Shown: in pieces, positions 58,184-64,000 of the stretch
How positions within the stretch are numbered: position 1 is the first letter of the stretch
Layout: every line of letters starts with the position of its first letter
Virus record (IMG/VR): IMGVR_UViG_3300050821_003463
Location: 30,544-94,543 of that record
Length of the DNA stretch: 64,000 bases
Source: a virus
Reading direction: 5' to 3' (one strand)
The notes under the pieces: generated by a model
What the model saw: the letters and a program-made list of their open reading frames with translations, nothing else
Database searches by the model: none
What the model was told of the DNA's origin: nothing
Position numbers and translations under genes: made by a program

Positions 58184-60319
58184 ATGTCAGAACCTATCAC
58201 CGATGGCGTGGGCATAATCCCCGACGGTAACCCGAATCAGATTATCACACAGCAGAGTTTCACGACCGCAGGAGAAACGAAGACGATTGACGTCGACCTC
58301 GCACTCGTAGTTCAGAGCGCGGCTCTCGCGAAAGCTTTTATCGCAAACAAGCAGTGGACTCTTTTATGGCGCGATGCGGACTTGCTGTATCAATCGCCTC
58401 GTCCGATGACGGTCTATGAGAACACGTACGTTCTCGAACCGAACGTCCAGAGATTCACGGTCGCCAAAGTCTGCAACGCAGTTGTTCCGCAACTCTACAA
58501 GGGTCTGTTCTACGACGACCCGCCGATGCTCCTGCGTCCGCGTCCAGGTACAAGCCAGAAGGTGATCGACGCTAAGACCGCGCTTTTCTCGTTCATCATG
58601 GATCAATGCCAATTCAAGACCCAGACTAAGTGGGGTCTTGAGCAAATGGCCCACCTCGGAACCAGTATCTTCAAGTGGGGATATGACTGGAAAGAGATCG
58701 TCTCTTACAAGCGCAAGGCGACGACGTTAAACATACCTCACGGAGATGAGACGACCGTTGGCGCGGTCACGATTCTGCCTACTGACGCACCGCCCGATAT
58801 CACTCAGGACATCCGAACTATCCCGCTTCCTTTTTTCGAGTGGCGACCGGTAGATAAAGTCCTCGTCGACCCACAGTTAAGTGTGTCTGACATTCGCAAA
58901 GCGGGATGGGTGGTCGATGTCCGGTACATGGACTGGTATCAACTTAATGATCTTCGCAAAGCGATTGAGCAGGCTATCGCAGACGGTGAAGACGGCGAAG
59001 CAATCAAAGGCTGGAGGATACCGACTCTTGAGCAGTTGAATCAAATCTGGACTAACCCTCCGAAGGCGCAAACTCTGGAGACAGAGCAAGCCGCTTACAT
59101 CGAAGGCGTGGTTCATCACTCCGAGAGAAACAATATAAAAGCCAGCCCCGATCCGCATCGCACGAAGCTGGAAGTTCTTGAGTACTGGGATAAAGATCGA
59201 AAGATCATGGTCCTGAACCAAGAGATGGTCATCTTCGTTGGCAAGAACGAATTTCGCAAGATTCCGTTCCTATCCGCCAACTGGTGGAATCGCCCGCGTG
59301 CGTTCTACGGCATGGGTCTTGGACTCATCGTCGGACAGAACCAGCGCGTCGATCAGGGCACCATTAACGCCATCCTCAAAATTTTGAGCTACGGCGTCAA
59401 TCCGATCTACCTCCGCAACCGCGAAGACAACGCTCCAACGCAGACTATCCGCACCGGCATCGGCAAGATCATGTCAGTCACGGATACTGCGAAGTCATAC
59501 GCGCTGCTGGAGACTCCGAAGATGCCCGCCGATATCTGGGCGGCTCTCAAGGAATCTGAGCAAGCGACCGAATCTTCCTCGGGCGCAGACCAGACGCTCG
59601 TGCAGGGCAGTTCCGCAGGTCCTCGATCCTCTATGGGTCGCACGGCAGGTGGCGCAAACATCCTGGCAGGAGCCAGTGCAACCCGAATGGATGGTCCTCT
59701 CGATAACTTTATCGAGCAGGTGTTCAAACCGTTCCTCGGGATCATCGACATGCTTGTGTTCAACATCATGTCGGACGCTTCGATCTACCACATCCTCGGC
59801 AAAGAGCAAGGTGGAGATTTCCTGACCGACTTCAATCTTCAGGACTTCCATAACGCTCAAATCGAGTATGAGGTTCTCGCCGGATCGTCCCTCGCTGCAA
59901 AGCGAACGATGGCACAGTCGATGGTCATGCTCACGCAGATTCTCGACAACCCGCAGATTCAGCAGTCTCTCGCTGATATCAACGAAGAGTACATTGACTT
60001 CAAGCCGATTATCAACATGTGGCTCGAAGCCTCAGAGTGGAAGAACAAGAACGACATCATCAAGGCGATGACGCCTGAGATGAAGGCGAAACGAAACGCG
60101 AACTCGAAAGCCGCTCAGATGCAAGCACAGATGCAGATGAAGCAGCAGAGCGACCAACAGAAGTTTGCGCAGAAACAACAACTGGAAGACCAAGCATCGG
60201 ACAATCGAATCAAACGGGACATCACGCGTGAAGCAGCGAAAGCCAGCGGCATGAGTGAGACGGTTGAAGGTACTCCGAGCACGCAGGGTATTCAAGGGCA
60301 ACTGCCCACGGTTGCTTAG
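58184..60319 (+). CDS. Portal protein
   Basis: 711 aa after terL; VLVDP, VLEYW, FYGMGL, RTA, Gln-rich tail. Confidence 0.85.
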   Translation: MSEPITDGVGIIPDGNPNQIITQQSFTTAGETKTIDVDLALVVQSAALAKAFIANKQWTLLWRDADLLYQSPRPMTVYENTYVLEPNVQRFTVAKVCNAVVPQLYKGLFYDDPPMLLRPRPGTSQKVIDAKTALFSFIMDQCQFKTQTKWGLEQMAHLGTSIFKWGYDWKEIVSYKRKATTLNIPHGDETTVGAVTILPTDAPPDITQDIRTIPLPFFEWRPVDKVLVDPQLSVSDIRKAGWVVDVRYMDWYQLNDLRKAIEQAIADGEDGEAIKGWRIPTLEQLNQIWTNPPKAQTLETEQAAYIEGVVHHSERNNIKASPDPHRTKLEVLEYWDKDRKIMVLNQEMVIFVGKNEFRKIPFLSANWWNRPRAFYGMGLGLIVGQNQRVDQGTINAILKILSYGVNPIYLRNREDNAPTQTIRTGIGKIMSVTDTAKSYALLETPKMPADIWAALKESEQATESSSGADQTLVQGSSAGPRSSMGRTAGGANILAGASATRMDGPLDNFIEQVFKPFLGIIDMLVFNIMSDASIYHILGKEQGGDFLTDFNLQDFHNAQIEYEVLAGSSLAAKRTMAQSMVMLTQILDNPQIQQSLADINEEYIDFKPIINMWLEASEWKNKNDIIKAMTPEMKAKRNANSKAAQMQAQMQMKQQSDQQKFAQKQQLEDQASDNRIKRDITREAAKASGMSETVEGTPSTQGIQGQLPTVA

Positions 60320-60412
60320 CTGTAAAAGCATAGCTCGTCAATCAGCTAAAGGTTGACCGCGCACCGCTGGCGTCCGTGAGGAGCAGCGGAAAGATTTTTC
60401 GGAGGAGGAGCC

Positions 60413-60775
60413 GTGATTAGACCTACAGATGGGACGAACGTGTTCAAGCCGACGTTCAAGTTAGATGATCGGTCGCTCGGAATCATGTGCGCCGCTCTAA
60501 AGCAAGAGTGGTTCGATATCCTCCAGAGGTTGATGGAGGAAGAACTTCGCCTGATGAACGTCAAACTTCTAAACTCTAACGATGAGAAAGAAGTGATGGA
60601 GTCTCATCGCATGGTGAAGTACGCGTCGATGTTCTATTCAGGTGTCATGAACCGCATTGCGGAACTGACCGCGATAGACGCATACAATCAATCAGGTATC
60701 GGTAACCCTGGAACCCCAGAGACGCCGCAGTACCCTGATGAATTTTCTACACCGGTCGACGAAAGCCAAATCTAA
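60413..60775 (+). CDS. Head-module hypothetical protein
   Basis: Between portal and scaffold; GGAGG RBS. Confidence 0.6.
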   Translation: MIRPTDGTNVFKPTFKLDDRSLGIMCAALKQEWFDILQRLMEEELRLMNVKLLNSNDEKEVMESHRMVKYASMFYSGVMNRIAELTAIDAYNQSGIGNPGTPETPQYPDEFSTPVDESQI

Positions 60776-60786
60776 GGAGGATAGTC

Positions 60787-61965
60787 ATGGCGATTACACT
60801 GCAGGACCTCGATAACATGCCGAGTGCGGAATACCGCAAGAAGTTAGAAGACCCCACGTTCTGCGCGGAGGTCGACGCTCTGCTGCATAGCCCCCAAGCG
60901 GCGCTCGCAGTCACAGCCCAGCCGGGAGCCGAAGAAGTTGATCCGTCGATGCCCGATAGGACCTCGCGCCCCATCGCGCGCCGCACGGCTGACGCCGCGC
61001 CTACGGCACCGCCCGCAGCAGCACCCGTCGTACCGGCAGTTCAGCCTGAACTCATCTATGAGTATCAGCCGATGGACGAACTCAACCGCCCGCTGGGTGG
61101 CAAGCAAGTCATCAAGTATCGCACGCCCGACGAACTCACCAAGAAGCTAGTCGAGCAGAACACTTCCATCCTGCGCCAGTTGCGGAAAGTCTCCCGCGAA
61201 GCGCGACTTGGCAACTCCACGGAGAACATCCCGTCAGAAGCCCAGCGATTCACAGGCGTGGTTGAGTTCAAAGAGAAGACCCTGACCGCCGATGAGCGGT
61301 TCCAACTGACCCAAGACTTGAACGATCCCGAGAAGTTCGCTTCCGCGCGTGATCGTTTGCTTGAGTCCGCTGTCGGAGTTCCCCCCGCGCAATTGAGGGA
61401 GCAACTCAACCGGCAACAGATGGAGATTTTGCAACTGCGAGCGAAGGACAACTTCCTTGTGTTCGCAAAGAACGAATCCTTCCTGACGGGCGATCAATCG
61501 ACTGACCAGGAGAATGCAACAACTCTGACAGACTGGATGTTCAAGAACCAGCTAGCGCCAACTGTCGAAAATTTCAACTTAGCGAGTTCGCAACTTCGTT
61601 CAGCCGGATTGCTGAATGAAGCACCTGTAGTGCAACAGGTGCCCGCGCCGACCGTATCTGTCGTGCCCGTGGAGTCCGTGGTTCCGCAAACGCAGGAACC
61701 TGTGGTACCGTCCGCTCGGATTAGCGCGCCGGAACCAGTGCAATTAAAGCGACATAGTCAAGTCCCGTCAGGATTGAACGACCGAGTGTCTTCATCCAGT
61801 GGAGTATCTCCTCTCTCTGCGACGAATTCCTTGACTCTTGCTGACATTGAAGCTATGTCAGGCGACCAGTACAAGAAGGCAGCGAGAAATCCTGAGTTCT
61901 TGAAGGTAGTCAACCGTCTCTCGAAAGAGGCGGAAGACAGACGCCGACAACGCAGCAATGCCTAA
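60787..61965 (+). CDS. Capsid scaffolding protein
   Basis: Immediately upstream of MCP; related N- and C-terminal TLxDxxxM..xY.K motifs. Confidence 0.65.
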   Translation: MAITLQDLDNMPSAEYRKKLEDPTFCAEVDALLHSPQAALAVTAQPGAEEVDPSMPDRTSRPIARRTADAAPTAPPAAAPVVPAVQPELIYEYQPMDELNRPLGGKQVIKYRTPDELTKKLVEQNTSILRQLRKVSREARLGNSTENIPSEAQRFTGVVEFKEKTLTADERFQLTQDLNDPEKFASARDRLLESAVGVPPAQLREQLNRQQMEILQLRAKDNFLVFAKNESFLTGDQSTDQENATTLTDWMFKNQLAPTVENFNLASSQLRSAGLLNEAPVVQQVPAPTVSVVPVESVVPQTQEPVVPSARISAPEPVQLKRHSQVPSGLNDRVSSSSGVSPLSATNSLTLADIEAMSGDQYKKAARNPEFLKVVNRLSKEAEDRRRQRSNA

Positions 61966-61981
61966 GAAAAGGTAAAAGCTA

Positions 61982-63013
61982 ATGAGTTTCTCTCCTAGCG
62001 GTAACCAACTTTCCAACCTGCCCCAATCCACGGTAAAGTATTACGACAAACGTTTCCGTGAGAACTTGAAGGCGCAGACCCCGTTCGTCGCATGCGCAGA
62101 GCGTCTTGATCTGCCCATGAAGTCAGGTAACCAGTACGAGATGTTCATGTACGTTCCCCTGGCAGCGAACACCAACCAGACCACCGAAGGGACCGTCGGT
62201 TCCTCGTTGTCTGTGAGCGTGCTGACGACCACCGCAACTATCGGTGAGTACGCTGACTACGCGAACTTCTCTTCGCTGTCCCTGGCTACCGCCATCGACC
62301 AGACCGTTGAGAACGTCGCGAAGGAAATGTCCTATCGCTTGGGCGAATCGTTGAGCGCACTGGTGCGGGCGACCGCAGACGGCGCGTCCAGCATTGACGC
62401 CTCGGTCCTGACGCAGCTCGCTGCGACCAGCACCACTTCGTTCACGGCACTGTCTCTGAGCCAAATCCGTAACAGCGTTCAGTCGCTGGCGGGTCGCTCC
62501 GTGCGTCCGTTCGACGAAGCTTCCAAGTCTTTCGTCGGCGTCATCCACCCCTTCGCTCTTGGCGACGTGTTGGCTGACAACAGCAACGACAGCCCTATCG
62601 ACATCTTGAAGCACACCCCCGTGGGACAGGCCAAGATGGACGAGCTGGTTAGCGTTGATCTGACCGAAGTCATTGAACTGCCCTCCACCGGCGTTCATTT
62701 CTTCCAGACGAACCTCGTCACGAAAACCTCGAACTACAAGGGCGTGACTGGGTTGTCCGCACTTCGCACGTACATCTTTGGTCGCGACGGAATCTTCGCC
62801 ATTAACCTTGGCGCACAGAACGACACGACTTTCGGTGACGGCGATTGGCGCAACATCAAGTGCAACATCGTGCAGAACGCAGAGCCGACCGTTGCCGATC
62901 CCGAAGGGTTGATCCCGGGATGGACCAGCTATCGTGTTCACTTCACGACCAGCTTGGGTCCGGACACCACGATCCGCATGCGGCAGATTGACGCCGCTTC
63001 CGCGATCAGCTAA
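61982..63013 (+). CDS. Major capsid protein, N4-gp56-like
   Basis: LPMKSG, TEG, FVGVIHP, TYIFG, ADP; 343 aa. Confidence 0.85.
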   Translation: MSFSPSGNQLSNLPQSTVKYYDKRFRENLKAQTPFVACAERLDLPMKSGNQYEMFMYVPLAANTNQTTEGTVGSSLSVSVLTTTATIGEYADYANFSSLSLATAIDQTVENVAKEMSYRLGESLSALVRATADGASSIDASVLTQLAATSTTSFTALSLSQIRNSVQSLAGRSVRPFDEASKSFVGVIHPFALGDVLADNSNDSPIDILKHTPVGQAKMDELVSVDLTEVIELPSTGVHFFQTNLVTKTSNYKGVTGLSALRTYIFGRDGIFAINLGAQNDTTFGDGDWRNIKCNIVQNAEPTVADPEGLIPGWTSYRVHFTTSLGPDTTIRMRQIDAASAIS

Positions 63014-63021
63014 AGACATAC

Positions 63022-63052
63022 GGGGCGGGCAGTTCTCGCCGCCCCCTTGTTC
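63022..63052 (+). terminator. Terminator-like hairpin after MCP
   Basis: GGGGCGG...CCGCCCC followed by TTGTT. Confidence 0.5.
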
Positions 63053-63098
63053 CTTAGTCGCACGCAGGTAAGTGCTGCGTGTTAGATAGGAAGAACAT

Positions 63099-63699
63099 AA
63101 TGGCTAATCCTAATCCTCAGCACGTCCCCACAGACGGACTCGGCGTAGCAGCTTACGTCGTACTGTCAGGTGGAACAGGTCTTAGCGCCCTGTCGAATCC
63201 CGCAGGCGGAAGTCTCGGGCATCCAGGTGGAATCGGTTCCCCGATCAATGGTCAGGGAATTGGCGCGACCGAAGGCGGATCAGGTTCCGTCGCTACTGCT
63301 CCCGGCTTCCCGGTTGCCCAGTATGCAATCACCTTGTCGCTCAGCGCGGCAAGCACGTATGAGACGACCGCAGTGTTGACTGCCGCCGCAGTGGACGCGA
63401 AGAACAACGCGTACTCGCCGGTGGGCAACTTCACCGCGTTCTCGTACAACAATCCTGCAGCGGGCTCGCCCACATGGTACCGTCCGAGCAACTTCGCTGG
63501 CTACAACGCCAACGTGTGCTCTGCAGTGGCATCGAGCACCAATGACGCGACCATCACGGTCACGGCTCTGGCGCTTGGTCAAGGCATTGTGGAAGTCGCG
63601 TTCCCAGTTTTCGATAACACCATCGGAACTGACACGCAAGCGGAACTCGAACCGACGAACTTTGTGTACGTTCAGGTGATCGTCACCGTAATTCCGTGA
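63099..63699 (+). CDS. Putative capsid decoration (Ig-like) protein
   Basis: Ala/Gly/Thr-rich beta-type sequence right after MCP; start MANPNP approximate. Confidence 0.55.
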
Positions 63700-63783
63700 T
63701 CTCGTAACAAATCTGGAGAATGTGCCGTTCGATAACGAGCGGCACGCTCCGCATCAAAAGAAAAGCCAGGAGAGGAGCCTGTG

Positions 63784-64000
63784 ATGGAAAATGATTTTAC
63801 GATTGAAAGCTTAGTGGAAGCTAACGATATTCTACAAGACGAAGTCACAAAGTTGCGAAACAGTAATCGCATCCTTCGCACGGTTCATCGCGCACTGCGC
63901 GCCTCTAACGAGAGCTTGCGCCGTCAGGTCGAGCTAGGACAGTTCAACGATGAGACGTTCAAGAAGTTTTGTGCGGGCGAATTTGACGCCCCTAATCAGT
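63784..64000 (+). CDS. Hypothetical coiled-coil protein, truncated by window end
   Basis: MENDFTIESLVEANDILQDEV... after AGGAG RBS, no stop before 64000. Confidence 0.5.
   Translation, partial: MENDFTIESLVEANDILQDEVTKLRNSNRILRTVHRALRASNESLRRQVELGQFNDETFKKFCAGEFDAPNQ

Overview
64 kb of a tailed dsDNA phage genome (about 55-60% GC by eye; host not determinable). Positions 1-47,900 are almost all minus-strand early/middle genes: GH108 endolysin (truncated at the edge), RecA, SF2 helicase, Clp-type AAA ATPase, GroES, Rnl1-type RNA ligase, PD-(D/E)xK nuclease, nucleotidyltransferase, small tyrosine recombinase, an AAA/DUF1257/DUF2997 module, many small early genes, GNAT, metallophosphoesterase, family A DNA polymerase, Prim-Pol primase and an SSB-like protein. 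After a divergent promoter pair at about 48,000 the plus strand carries three glycosyltransferase-like genes plus RmlD, a dual-specificity phosphatase, terminase, portal, scaffold and an N4-gp56-like major capsid protein. Main observations: (1) an RNA operon with a circularly permuted two-piece tmRNA overlapped by a LAGLIDADG endonuclease, a tRNA-like RNA, and a tRNA-Thr nested in a phosphoesterase ORF; (2) two long (550-660 nt) highly structured non-coding regions; (3) a shared C-terminal GR[KRH][FM]R motif on five unrelated proteins; (4) an AAA+ ATPase with Walker B before Walker A; (5) a shared YxxDxLTxDW peptide in three glyco-enzymes; (6) strong GGCC depletion. All calls come from reading motifs and base pairing by eye; no searches were run.
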